Origin: Amphiscolops sp. MND2022
Taxonomy: Eukaryota
Length of the DNA stretch: 64,000 nt
Reading direction: 5' to 3'
Assembly (NCBI GenBank): GCA_964187785.1
Contig: OZ076409.1
Span: forward strand, 248,001-312,000
How positions within the stretch are numbered: the first letter of the stretch is position 1; each line of letters begins with the position of its first letter. The translations under genes were made by a program, and so were the position numbers. The notes under the pieces are model-generated. The model had not been told where the DNA came from. It saw only the letters and a list, made by a program, of their open reading frames with translations, and made no database searches. Shown in pieces: positions 25,561 through 38,000 of this stretch.

Positions 25561-26599
25561 GTTGGTGTACCTGGTATTTGAACCTTTGGTCTTATCCCCC
25601 GCCGCAATTTGGCGGGGATAGATGACAGTCCTTTTAGTCAACATAGAGTAGACTATGAAGTTCTTGAGCATGCTCTAACAATCATATCCCCAATTTTGGA
25701 ACTGCTCAATAATGGCCAATCTGGGAGGTCCCACCTGTCTCACCTAATTCTCGTCCCCCAAGGCCTAAAATAAGTGAAAAAGTGGTCTATTTAACACTTG
25801 GGGCCAACGTTCAATCAATGGAAATCTAATTTTTGTTGTTTTGGTAATTTTTCGTTTCAAAGGAATTTCTTTTGGTGGTAGGAAATACTTAGTGGATTGT
25901 GTTGAGGAAACCAGACTTAGTGGGACATAGACCCTTTTCTACTATGCCTTGGTGGGACGGGCATTTGGTGGGACATAAAAGGTGGGATATTGTTTGAGTT
26001 AATGTAGAGAGAGAAACGCAATATGATTGAGATTAGATGTGTATTGTTTCACTAGAAGTATGATCTAAAAGAAACGCAATGTGATAGATATTGGATTTGT
26101 ATTGTTTCACTAGGCGTATTATCTAAAAGAAACGCAATGTGATAGATATTTCTTTTCTATTGTTTCACTAGAAGTATGATGTAAAAGAAACGCAATGTGA
26201 TTGATATTGATTGCAAACACTTTGGGATATCAAACATGTTGCGTCTCTGTGCCAATATTTTTATTTTGCGAAAAAGAGTTTAACTTTGCCATCAAAAAAT
26301 TTTGTTTGAGGTGAAAATAAGGCGTGCTTTTCATGCTCGATATAAAAGCCTTTTTTTCAGGCTCAATCACATTGAGTTTCTTTATCAGTTCAGTTCTCAA
26401 CACAACAAAATTAGTCCCACTTACCATTTACAATATGAAATTGAATTCATTTAGCATAAAAAAAAACAAATTCCGTATACTGTATTTTTGTTTATAACAG
26501 TATGGTTAAGCTAAAACAAACGAAGTTTGATGGAACGCGGCGTGGAGTATTTACATGTATTGCGTATATATATATTCAAGTTAATTTATCGTAAATAGG

Positions 26600-26780
26600 G
26601 GACTATGGCTCAGAGCAACAGCATGCGCTCGTTAGATCACCGAAGTTAAACACTCTGATGCTCCACCGGGGCAGAATAAGAGACTTGCTCCATGAAGTCC
26701 AGATTCATCAAGTAAGTATCTGTTGTCGCCTATCTCTAGATATCTGAGCACCTGTCCCCATTTTGTAGAAGATTGAAACT
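26600..26780 (+). repeat. Dispersed repeat with 5S rRNA-like head (SINE3-like)
   Basis: CTCGTTAGATCACCGAAGTTAAACA resembles 5S CTCGTCCGATCACCGAAGTTAAGCA. Copies at ~32648-32836, ~39770-39930 and ~59625-59790 (-). Confidence 0.55.
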
Positions 26781-27368
26781 ATTTTAGAAAAGAAACGCTG
26801 TATGATGAGAATGGTTCGCTTGCCTTACTACTGTTATACATGTACGGTATTTGTTTAATATTATCATTTTTATTATGCTTTAACGTTTCTCCAATCACCA
26901 ATTAAAATAGATTGAATCAATAGTAGCCAGAGAGTAGCTGGTGTTGGAGGGGAACCTGAAATGCAAGTTCATGCCATCTAAGCTGGATCGTTTAGATTTC
27001 TGCTTTACTACTGAATTCAACAAAAACATCTTTTCAAAAATGTCGGGCTTTTGTTAATGTTGTGATCAGAAATCACAACATATAGTCACGCTAGCCCAGT
27101 ATTCTGTGATTTTAAAGAGGCTCTCAGTTAGGGGATCACATAGTGTCGCCCATAACAAGACCCACGCCGAGAACGTGGCCTCTGAAGGGTCTCAAACAGT
27201 GGTGTTAAAATCGATTAGTTGCCAACTTTTACAATTATTTTTCACAATATAAACGTATGAATAATCACAGTTATCTCGAAGACGGCAAGGCCCGTGAAAA
27301 TGGTAGACGCAAATTTGTATGTACATTTGTTGTGAAAACTGCTGATACATGTAAAATGGGACGCTCAA

Positions 27369-27677
27369 CAGGGGTTTTCAAAAATTAATTTTTGGGAAAC
27401 AATCAATTATCAAAGATTGCAATCAATTAATTTAATTTTAGAAAAAATAAATCCTTTAGTTGCAATTAATTGCAATTAATCGTTGTTATGCACAGCATTT
27501 TGAAACAAGTTCTTCGTCCCAAAATTTTTGTTTGTTTTCAAGAACAGCTACCTTTCTCAGTTCATAGGTGTCATATTTTGGCGGAAATTAATTGCAATTG
27601 CTGGAAGTCTGCAATCAATTAAATGATTGCAATTATATGCATTTGATTTTTCTCCAATTAATTTTTGACAGCCCCTG
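27369..27677. mobile_element. hAT-type MITE
   Basis: TIR CAGGGGTTTTCAAAAATTAATT / AATTAATTTTTGACAGCCCCTG; 8-bp TSD ACGCTCAA/ACGCTGAA. Confidence 0.8.
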
Positions 27678-28065
27678 ACGCTGAATTCTTTTATTCACAC
27701 TCACTGTTCAATTCTGTTATTAATTCTGTTCATTATGAAAATGCAAATTCAGCAAAAATGGGGAAGGGTAAAAGTCCGAACAAATCGCAACATCCCTCAT
27801 TAACTGGATAACATTTCGTTTGTATTTGCATCTGATTGGCCCATGTTATAACAATTTTTTTATAATATGTTTGTTATAACATGTTTCAATTTCATTTCAA
27901 TTTTTTTAAAACTTGTAACACAAAAAATTTTTGCTCACATTTGATTGGCTGTCGCATTCGCCAATGAGTATTTTCGTTAAAATGAGATAATTTTTTTTCT
28001 TTTAACACCACTGTCCGTAAACGAATTAGTACAATGAATTTACAAAATCTACAAAATTTACAGAA

Positions 28066-28275
28066 CTAAGAATATAAAACATTATCTACAGGTAATCTAC
28101 ATAAAGGACATTTAAGTACATTTACAAAACTAACTAAAAGGGTATCTAAACAGTCTCTACATACTAAATGTAATCTATGTTTTTCATGCAAACTCTGTAA
28201 TTCTACTGATCTATATTCATCTAAGCAAATTAAACAACTACTGTAATTCTTCTGGGGCGTTCGCTTGACCCTCAT
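28066..28275 (-). CDS. Small atypical RING-finger protein (69 aa), copy 1
   Basis: CLIC...HEKHRLHLVCRDC...KCPLCR; TATAAAA about 60 nt upstream of the ATG; paralog at 47796-48020. Confidence 0.75.
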   Translation of the reverse strand: MRVKRTPQKNYSSCLICLDEYRSVELQSLHEKHRLHLVCRDCLDTLLVSFVNVLKCPLCRLPVDNVLYS

Positions 28276-30321
28276 GCTCTTGACTCCTGAAACCTCGTGA
28301 AAAAATTAGTTGAGCACTCTGTATCGAACATCCGTTTTTTATACTTATAGTATATGTTTATAAATATTTCTTCCTAAAAAATAATAATTATTAAATTATT
28401 AAATATTTTTTATTCTTAGATAATATAATAGTATTATTACTATTTCTTAGATTATATTTTAATGATAATACTACTTTAATTATATATATTATATGTTTTG
28501 TTGCTTTTGCTAATATCACTAATGTAGTAGTATTCAATTCGTCGACGTATCTTGATATATTGGTAATATATTGATCGAAGTATCTTAAAATATTGAAATT
28601 CAAGTAGTAGTTACTTGAAATTAATTTTCCTGTAACGTTTATCGCCCTCTTACCCCTACCGATTATTCCCCACCCCGGAAATCTTCGACAATACAATTTT
28701 CAACAATTGCAACATCTTTATCACAGTTACCATTTTAACGTTCTTACCTGTTGAACAGAATATCAACAGAATAAAATTCAATATAACCAAGTAAATAAAA
28801 TTTCAGAAACGCAATTCTGACTGGTTATTCTGATAAGAATTGAAAAAATTCTGTTTCACGCAAATGTAGACCAAATAACATAAGGGCAATTTATAATTTA
28901 ATTTAATGACAAGATTTAAAGACTTTTCATTTAATGACATTCATTTTATGACAGTTTCCTTGACGAATGACAATGGATTTCATTTTCAAATGACATTTCA
29001 TTTTATGACAAATTCATTGACAAATGACAGTTGATTTCGTCTTCAAAGGACTTTTCATTTAAGGACAAGTTAATTTTTAGGATCTGTGAAACTCTTTTCA
29101 GAAAACCAATATTTTATAAAACTAAATTCGTTTCGGAATTGTGATTTTGTTTCAATTAACTGAAATGAGTTTCACAAAACCTGAGATTTAAACTTGTTCA
29201 CTGAATTGTGTTCGCTTTTGCTATTTGGTCATCATAGAAAATGTAGATAATTCAATAGTGGAGATAATTTTAAATTCGAATTGGTGTTTGCTTTGAAGGT
29301 GTTTGCTATTTGCTATTCAGACAACTGCAAGGCGAACGAAGAAATTGGAAATCCGTTTACGAACCATGCCGGGACTGAACGAAATATTCACAATTTTTGT
29401 ACGCGCTGTGATTAACGTAGAAAATTGAAATTGAGTACTTGTTTGCTCCTAATTAGTTGGTTTCTCTATGTTTCTGAAGTATCCCTATTGTCTAAAATAA
29501 TAAAATTGAAAATTGTAGATTCACAAATAACTTGAGAGCAATGGTCATACTTTCAAAATTGGTGTGAATATTCAAATTCAAAAATTTCTCATTTTTCAAA
29601 ATAACTAAAAATTTCCACAAATTTTAACCCAAAGCGGCAATTTAGAATCTTGACAAGCAAATCTTTTCCAAGCATCAGAATGGAAAATGCTCAGCATTTC
29701 GTTTTATTGAAAATAACATTTAAAAAAAATGCAAGTCTAGTGTCACATAAATTTACCATCATTTGATTTGGGGTATTAGTGGAAGGGATGTAAAAACGTA
29801 GTTCATGGCAAAATAACTGCCCTCTCAAAGACATCTCTCTATGGCTATTAAATCCCCGAAAATATAAATAGAAACAATCCTTTCCAAGTGTTTTTGATTC
29901 AAACTTCCAATTAATCTGCAAAAAATTCAAATAATTAGCAATAGCGATCAAAATGAAAATGCAAACGAAGATATTAGACGCCCCCCGTTCAGAATTGTAC
30001 CCTTAAAAGTACCAAAAGGTCCCCTTTCTAGGTTTTCACCCATGTTTGCCCGCATGTTTTTAGCCATGTTTTTAACGACCCCCCCTGTTAAGAAACTCCG
30101 CCTCCCCGTTGAGAAAAAATTTTGCATTTTTTATTGCTGTAGAAATTGTATATCAGTTTATATGTAGTTTCAGTCAGAATTCAAAATGCAAGTCTTTTTT
30201 CTTTCCATATGTTCTGGGAAATATTACAAAGAATGAAAGTAAAACTTTTTTTTAATACAATAACAAAATATATACAATTGAAAAATAAATAAAATTTGTT
30301 CATTTGAAAAAGTTTTATAGG

Positions 30322-30414
30322 GTCTTCTGCAGGTGGATCGAGCTCTCATTTCTGCAGGTCGATCGAGCTCTCATTTCTGCAGGTCGATCAGGCTCTCAAA
30401 TCTGCAGGTCGATC
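30322..30414. repeat. ~26-bp tandem repeat
   Basis: TCTGCAGGTCGATCGAGCTCTCATT, about 3.5 copies, right after the RING stop codon. Confidence 0.85.
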
Positions 30415-30422
30415 ACGCTTGA

Positions 30423-31032
30423 TCAAGCTTTCAGTAGGGATTCTTTCCTACACAGAGGGCACTTCACCCAAATGATGCTGTCAGTGGTCGTTTGCCTGTA
30501 ACTCACAATATGGATGATTTTTGAATATCATGAATAAGTTTGTTTTATATCAAGCTTCTAGTTCCGTTTTCCTCATTGTTGGTTTTTTCTGAAAACGAAG
30601 CCAATGTGCCAGTATTAAGCACTCGGTCGAACTTTAGCCACTTTCAGTCACTTTTGACTACGCCTCATAGGAGGTCCCACCTTTTATGTCCCACCTAATG
30701 CCCGTCCCTTCAAGGCAGAGTGAAAAAGAGGGGGTCTGAGTCCCACTAAGTCCCACTAAGAAAAACAGAAGAGTAATAGTTTCATAGCATCAAAAAACAA
30801 ATCGGTGAAATGTCGGGTTCTTTTCGATATTCGTCAGTGATAATATGGGAAAATTTTGAAGTGAAAAAACTGTCATCTTCAACTACAAATTTCAAAATCA
30901 GAAAAGTTGTGAAACTTGCCTCTCGAGGACTTTGATCCAAGCATCGCGGCACTCACTGCAGATCGCGTGGTTCTCATCAAGCGACCAAATGAAGTTGTAC
31001 AGTTCCTCCCCACAAACGGCGCATATCAGCAT
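30423..31032 (-). CDS. Spliced small RING-finger protein (~61 aa); exons 31032-30920 and 30495-30423
   Basis: MLICAVCGEELYNFIWSLDENHAICSECRDAWIKVLE-R-QTTTDSIIWVKCPLCRKESLLKA*. AG|GCAAGT donor and CAG| acceptor join in frame. Confidence 0.65.
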
Positions 31033-31889
31033 TCTGAGACTTCGTATGGTATTGCGTTAAGGTATTCTGATGTTCAGGTATATTTTTGATAGTGTATTGC
31101 GTTTTGAAAGTCTGATTGTCAGTGTTTTGAAGGAAGCGATCGTTTTAGTGTTTGGAGATTGAATGATCAATGGAGCCAGATCATTGACAAAACACATCGT
31201 TACTTTACTCTGTCTTTTACTCGTAACTTGCTTTGTTTTCAGAAGTTTGTTTTGTCCTTTCACTCAAGTAACCAACTAGTTAAATAATTGAAATAACGTC
31301 TTGCACTTGACCAATTAACCTTACTTTTAAATAAACTAAGTCAGTAATAACAATTTTCTAAGTTAGTGATATTAGAGAATCAAGTAAATTACCACCCAGT
31401 TTTGAAATAAAAGATGATATGCCAAAACTGCTCTCAATTTAAGTTTCGAAATACAGTGAATAAAGAATCACAAGGAAAATACGTATTTTGAAAGAAAATT
31501 TAAATGAAAATTTTAGGTTTTAAATCAAAATGGTGTTAAACCACACCGTTCAAACCAGCGCTAATTACCAAGCTGATTGGTATTGTTTGATTCACAGCAA
31601 GCAGCGATATCACCTGAGAGCTTCTCTTCTGTTTTAAAGTTCTAAACAGTTCTTAAAAACACCTTTTAAATAAATTTGATTTAAATTGAATTTAATTTTG
31701 AACATTTTTTGGATAACTCTGGGCCAAATCGTCCATTTTGTTCCACCGCAGCTCTAAGTGGGGGGGGGGGTAAGACGTCTGGGGTCCACCACAGATTTTT
31801 TTAAAGTCGGGAAGATGGTTTAAATCACGAATCCGGATTAAGATATTTTAAATCCTATTTGTCTGTTTAAAATAAATAAAAATCATAAT

Positions 31890-32075
31890 TTGATCAACCC
31901 TGGCACATCTTGATAGTCTATTTTGAACTCTCCAAGGGTAATACTGCAGTACATTACTACTCCAATATGTCACCCATTCTCGTACAAAGCTTTGATTTTT
32001 CGCCCTACGTCTGGATGACAAAGTGTCACTGAATTCTTCATCGAACCTGGGTATAGGCCCGCTTCTTCCACCACA
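31890..32075 (-). pseudogene. Tudor-like domain remnant
   Basis: A minus frame reads LCHPDVGRKIKALYENG*HIGVVMYCSITLGEFKIDYQD, a Tudor-type VGxxIxAxY..GW..G.V....F.I.Y.D pattern with TGA at the Trp position. Confidence 0.4.
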
Positions 32076-35000
32076 TTTAAGCAACTTTTAAGCAACCGTT
32101 ACGTTCAAATCGGCCACTTCAGCTAAGCCACGCTGAGCCTAGAGCCCTATGATTGTTGCTTTCCAAAAAAACTTGTTGTAATTAAGTTTTAAAGAGGCTC
32201 TTGGTTTGGAGGTTCCCAATAATTTATATTGTTGTAGATATGGTTATTTTAAATAAAATCAATATTTTATATTCCATTCAAATTAAGAATAAAAACGGAC
32301 ATCACCGAATTACTCAATAATATTAATAATAATAGATTAGTCGCATAAAAAACATAAAGAGGAAAGTTATTTTCATATAACAAAAATATAGCTGAATACC
32401 CGATTAAACTTTTGAACTTAAGAGTTTTTCTCTGTAATTTTCATACTTTTCCATTTTTGTTGTTTGAAAAATATTTACTCTTATGTTATTTGGGAATCCA
32501 CCATCTAAAAGAAACGCAATGTGATTGGAATTAGATTGGTTTTGGTTCACTAGGAATAAGAGCTGAAAGAATGTGAATGAACACGGCATGGAGTATTTAC
32601 ATGTTTTGCGTATACTGTATATACTCAAGTTAGTTTACCGTATATAGGTGACTATGGCTCAGAGCTTCAGAATCCGCTTCTTAGATCACCGAGCCTAAAC
32701 ACTCTGACAACTTGAGGCTCCATCGTGACAGAATAGTCTACTTGCTCCATAAAGTCAAGGTTCATGAGGTAGGTATCTGTTGTGGCCTATCTTTAGATAT
32801 CTGAGCACCTGTCCCCATTTTGTGAAAGATTGAAACGAAAAATTCAACTTTTGAAATTAAATACACTTTTTTAAAATATGATGTAAAAGTTTATATTGGC
32901 TGATGATGTGTACAAAAATCCAATTCGGTTGCCAAAATCTGTATGTCCCACCTAATGCCCGTCCCACCAAGGCCTAGTAAAAAGGTGTCTATGTCCCACC
33001 AACGCTAGTTGCCTCAACGCCTCAACTCGTATTGAAAAATTGAGAAACTTTCACTTGAATAGTTTTTAGCAGAAAATAGTTGCGGAGATATCGGTACCTT
33101 TTGTTCAGTCCAAATCATTTTCACAATCAGTGGTCCAATTTATTTTTTAGAGTGTGAAAAAAACTGTTTAATTATGAAATAGGTTTACCTACACGTCAGG
33201 TTTTCCTAATACGGTATGGCGAATGTAAGACTGCCTCTATAACATCAGCCATAATAAATTGCAATAATTACATTAAAACCCAAATATTGTGGAAATTATG
33301 TGAATTATCAATTTCCATATTCTGTCACGTAAATACTTGCCACGAAAAAGATTCAAGTTTCAAAACTCAATATTATAAAGAAATCTAATCAACATCCCAC
33401 ATTTTGGCTCTTTGCTGTTAAAACCATCCCCCCCCCACCGCCGATTGTTTTTGAGAAATTAGTAAAAAATATCACAAAACATAAATTATTAACCATAAAC
33501 TTTTAATTCTATCTTTATTTCCATGGTGACAGTTTAGAATTAAGATACAAATTTGTTGACACTATTTTGTGCAGTCACAAGAAATTCAACGACTTTCTGT
33601 TTTGAGTTGAACTTTCTTCTGTTTTATTTTTCGCGATAAATTTCCCCGAAATTATTTTTTGAATACCCCTGCCGGAATATACGGTAAAGTATTTTGTATT
33701 TTTAACTTTTTCAAAAAGGGTCGTAGAAATTTCCATTAAACATTTTTGTGAACTAGATCAAATTCTTAAAAACTTCCATAGCTGACAATTTTTCGTATTT
33801 GTGACAGTTTCCAACAAATTTGGATTTGAAATTTGCAATTTTAAGCAGTGGAGTTGCGATATTTTAGAAAGCTACATTTACTGAACGCTACTATCATATT
33901 AATTATGACGTCACAGCAGTCCTGACACTCGGTGAAAATTCCGTTCAGTCTCGGCATGGTTCGTAACGGATTTACAAAATTTCAACTTCGTTGACACTTG
34001 AGACTTCTCAGATTTCTCAGAATTCTTCTCCAATTAAACTTAATCAGTTTCACTCACATTCATCATTTATTCAACACAAAAGTTTTGCAATTATTTATTT
34101 TTGAGAATAGAAATAAAATAACTGTATTTTTGGCTAAAATATTATCAAAATAACATTTTCGGTAACCCTGATCACACCGCGTTGCTTTTTCATTAAAACT
34201 CAAATGCTTAAAATTGCAAATTTCAAATCGAAATTTCTTGAAAACTGTCACAGATACGAAAACGTGTCAGCTAGGAAAGTTTCTTAAAATTTTATCTAGT
34301 TTACAAAAATGTTTGTTTGAATTTTCTGCGACAAAAATTTCAAGAATTAGTAATTTGAAATTTTGACAAAATTCATTCAAGTTTGTACTTTTTCCGGATC
34401 TTCACAAAATTGAAAATATATTTTTGAAAAAATTTCAGTCAATCAATTGCCACCAAATCTCCTGATATTTGGTTTTGAATTTTGCCATTTTATGCTATGA
34501 GGTTGCGATATTTTAGAATTGAACTCGAAAACCACATCGCGATGCTATTTCAAAGAAGGTACTCGAAAATCACATCGCGTTGCTATTTCACCGAAGTTAC
34601 TCGAAATCACATCGCGTTGCTATTTCATCGAAGTGCTCGAAATCACATCGCGTTGCTATTTCAGATGAAATTACTCAAAATCACATCGCGTTGCTATTTC
34701 ATCGAAGTACTCGAAATCACATCGCGTTGCTCTTTCATCGAAGTAGTTCAAGACTTTTTAACGCAAATGTTCTCACGATTTGTTTAATTTCAATTCCGCA
34801 ACTTTCTAGGGGCCGTGAACATTGAGGCATGACCATATGGCACCTCGCTCCGCTCCTGCATTTAGGGCACTAGTAATTATACTAGTAACTGAAAATCAAG
34901 ATCAGTTATTAGTACCTTTCTCATTTTGAACATTCCTGCCCTCTAATACAAAATTTCCCCCACTGTAAATGAAGAACGCCGTCGCAAAACCTTTGTATGT

Positions 35001-38000
35001 CCGTGCACAATGTTTATTAGTTTCGAGTTTCTAGGTAAATACCCGTTAAAAGGTATTTTGTACAATTAAAATTTTGTAAAAGTGTAGTTATTAGGGCTTC
35101 CGCTTGTTTAACAAGTAATTGTGATTTTTTTGCCTGGAATGATGCATTGAAATGTGACGCACACTAGAAATTATTAATGAAAAAATGGAAAACACAAAAC
35201 ATGTCTGATTAGTTTGATATTGATTTCATAGTGCCGAACTCTAATTATATGGAAAGGTTCTTTACTACCGCGGATTAGGCCTTATACGGTTTCAGATAAG
35301 TATTTTTCCAATGAACCCTTGAAATTTTTGAAGATGAATAGACTATCTTGGGATGAAAGTCTTAAGAATATTATTACCGAAAATAATGCTTCAACTATTG
35401 CCAATTAAATGATCAAAAGCTTGCAAGTTTCTATTATTCAAATAACTGATTTTGGTTCAAATTATTTGAATTATTTGATCCCAAATAAAATTTCGGAAGC
35501 TCTGGTAGTTAGCATATTTTTGTACTAGAATTTGTAAACTTAGATTTTTGAGACCCTTCAGAGGCCACGTTCTCGCCGTGGGTCTTGTTATGGGCGACAC
35601 TATGTGATCCCCTAACTGAGAGCCTCCTTAAAACTAAATTATACTGGGCAAAAATAACCGTTGAGATTTGTAATCTCAGCTGTTATTTGTGCCCGACAAA
35701 AGATGTTCTCATTCACGTGAAACTTATCTCCAACTGCAACTGAACTTCACATGCCCATCACACGGCGCTTGTTTTTCAGAGTTGTGAAGTTGCTTGCTAG
35801 CAGCAGGCTCAATAGCATGCTCATCAATGATGAGTCATCCCATTGCCTTTCCTACAGTAGTGTTTAACGTGCGATGGCCGTGTGATAGCAGCCGAGCATA
35901 ACGTCACAACTTTTGCTTAAACAAATTCGCACCTTCCCCGAACTGTCAATGACCTTAGTTGCCACAGTGACTTCTTTAATTAGCACGTTGCGGCTATAAT
36001 ACTGAATTGAGTTAAAATTCAGTTTTGATGAACTTATTTCCGGCATTTGTTATAATTTTTGTTCTCCCGCATAATTCCTCTGATTTTCAAGCCGTTCTAA
36101 GTCCAAGTATCAGTACAAATTACTTTGAAGAGTTTCGAGGATATCTGGAATCACTTTTATCTTGTTTCTCCAGCTCTCTTTCTTAATATGTCATACAAAG
36201 CCTAACCTACAGGTGACCTAAATCGTTTTCTGTTGGTTAGTTAGTTTTTTGATTAAAATCTTTCAAATTTCCACAGCACTGTTTGTATTTTTATTTCAAA
36301 TTATCTGCTGAATTATTTTCTAATTGTCCAAATAAAGGTGGATTTGCAAAGAGCAAATAAACAAAGAGAACTAAATTTCAATTAATGTATCTTGTTCCAA
36401 GCGTGAATTTATGCTATTTTGGACAATAATATCAAAAAATTATGGATTTTTTACCTGAAGTGTCCAAACAGTTGTAGAGACAATCCTTTAAGTAAAAGTA
36501 TAATATTCTCTTATCAGTGAAATATTTTTATTCCAGAAGAAAATGTGCTTTCGTGTTGGGTGGGAAATTCGTACCAAGGTGTACATGGGGGGGAGAGATG
36601 ACATGGTCCGAGTTTATTGTTTCACTAGAATTATGATCTATATAAATGTAAGTCACGGTTGTTAAAAATGAAAGGCTAATTTCTTGAAAATTGCCACAAA
36701 TACAAAAAATGTCAGCAAGGAAAGTTTCTTTGAATTTTATCTAGTTTACAAAATTATCTGAATTTTCTGCGAAAAAAAATTTGCAAATTTTTTGTGGATG
36801 AATTGCCGCCAAGTATCGTCAGGATGCTGATATAGTTGGATTGAAAAGCTTTTTCGATTTCAAATTATAATTGTCAGCTTTCTAAAAACAATTCTTATAC
36901 CCTATCTTAATACATGTACTTCAGTGCTCATAGACACAAAATATATTGTATTTCGAAACAAATTCTCGATGAAAACATCAGTAGGTTGGGGAAAATATAG
37001 CGAGTGTCCGGATGAAAAAAAGTCTAAAAACTTTGATTCTACGTTACTTAATTTTCGTGACAGTTTACCAGATATTTGGGTTTGACTTTTGACATTATAA
37101 GCATTAAAGTTGCGATATTTTAGAACGTTAGAACGCTACTGTGGAAATATGATCTAAAAGAAACAATGCAATATGAAGAATATAAACGCAAAATTGCGCA
37201 CCCCTGATTAGAACTACCACAAAATGCTGTTGGCTGCAGCGTTCTTATATCTTTATTATTTCGCAATAAAATTGCTATATGAGCTGCAACACGAGCAGAC
37301 AATTCAAGGTCTTGTTGGAGTAGTCGGTTGCGCGAAAGATTGCTCTCACACTAGCTGCATAGTGAAATGGTGGTTCGAACCACGGTAGGAGCAACCGACA
37401 TGGTTCATGGAATAGATACCACTGTGATTGTTGATGTTTCAATCGCCTCCACAGTGGAAATAATGCAGCGGTGTTGAGAGCAATGTTCCTTTCCACTTCC
37501 TCGCGTAGTATGATTACTCCAACCAGGTTTTTTGGAAGTACAACCTACTCATACACTTTCATACCTGAGTCTCATACAGCAGAATTCAAACTACCAACTT
37601 TTAGTGCTGTTACAGCCAATATGTATGGAACTTGATTTCTTTGAAGAAAATTTTTCCCCAAACAAGAAAACTCATTCATATAAAGGTCCCTTATTGGTCA
37701 AGTTATTTGACATAAAAGGGACTATTACATGATTGTAAATCAGGGTTGGATAAAAAACGTTTAAAAGTATTTTTATACGCTTCAAACGTTTTAAAACAGT
37801 GTTTCAAAACTGTTTCAAAACAGTCTGTTTTAAAACATGCCAACACTGTTGTATATATTTAGTGGATTGTGTTGAGGAAACCAGATTTAGTGGGACATAG
37901 ACCCTTTTTATTATGCCTTGGTGGGACGGGCATTTGGTGGGACATAAAAGGTGGGATCTTGTTTGAGTTAACGTAGAGAGAGAAACGCAATATGATTGAG

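Noticed and set aside
37120..37530. Less AT-rich patch with ORFs 37275-37496 and 37120-37302
   Set aside because: May be a coding remnant, but there is no recognisable motif or consistent exon structure.
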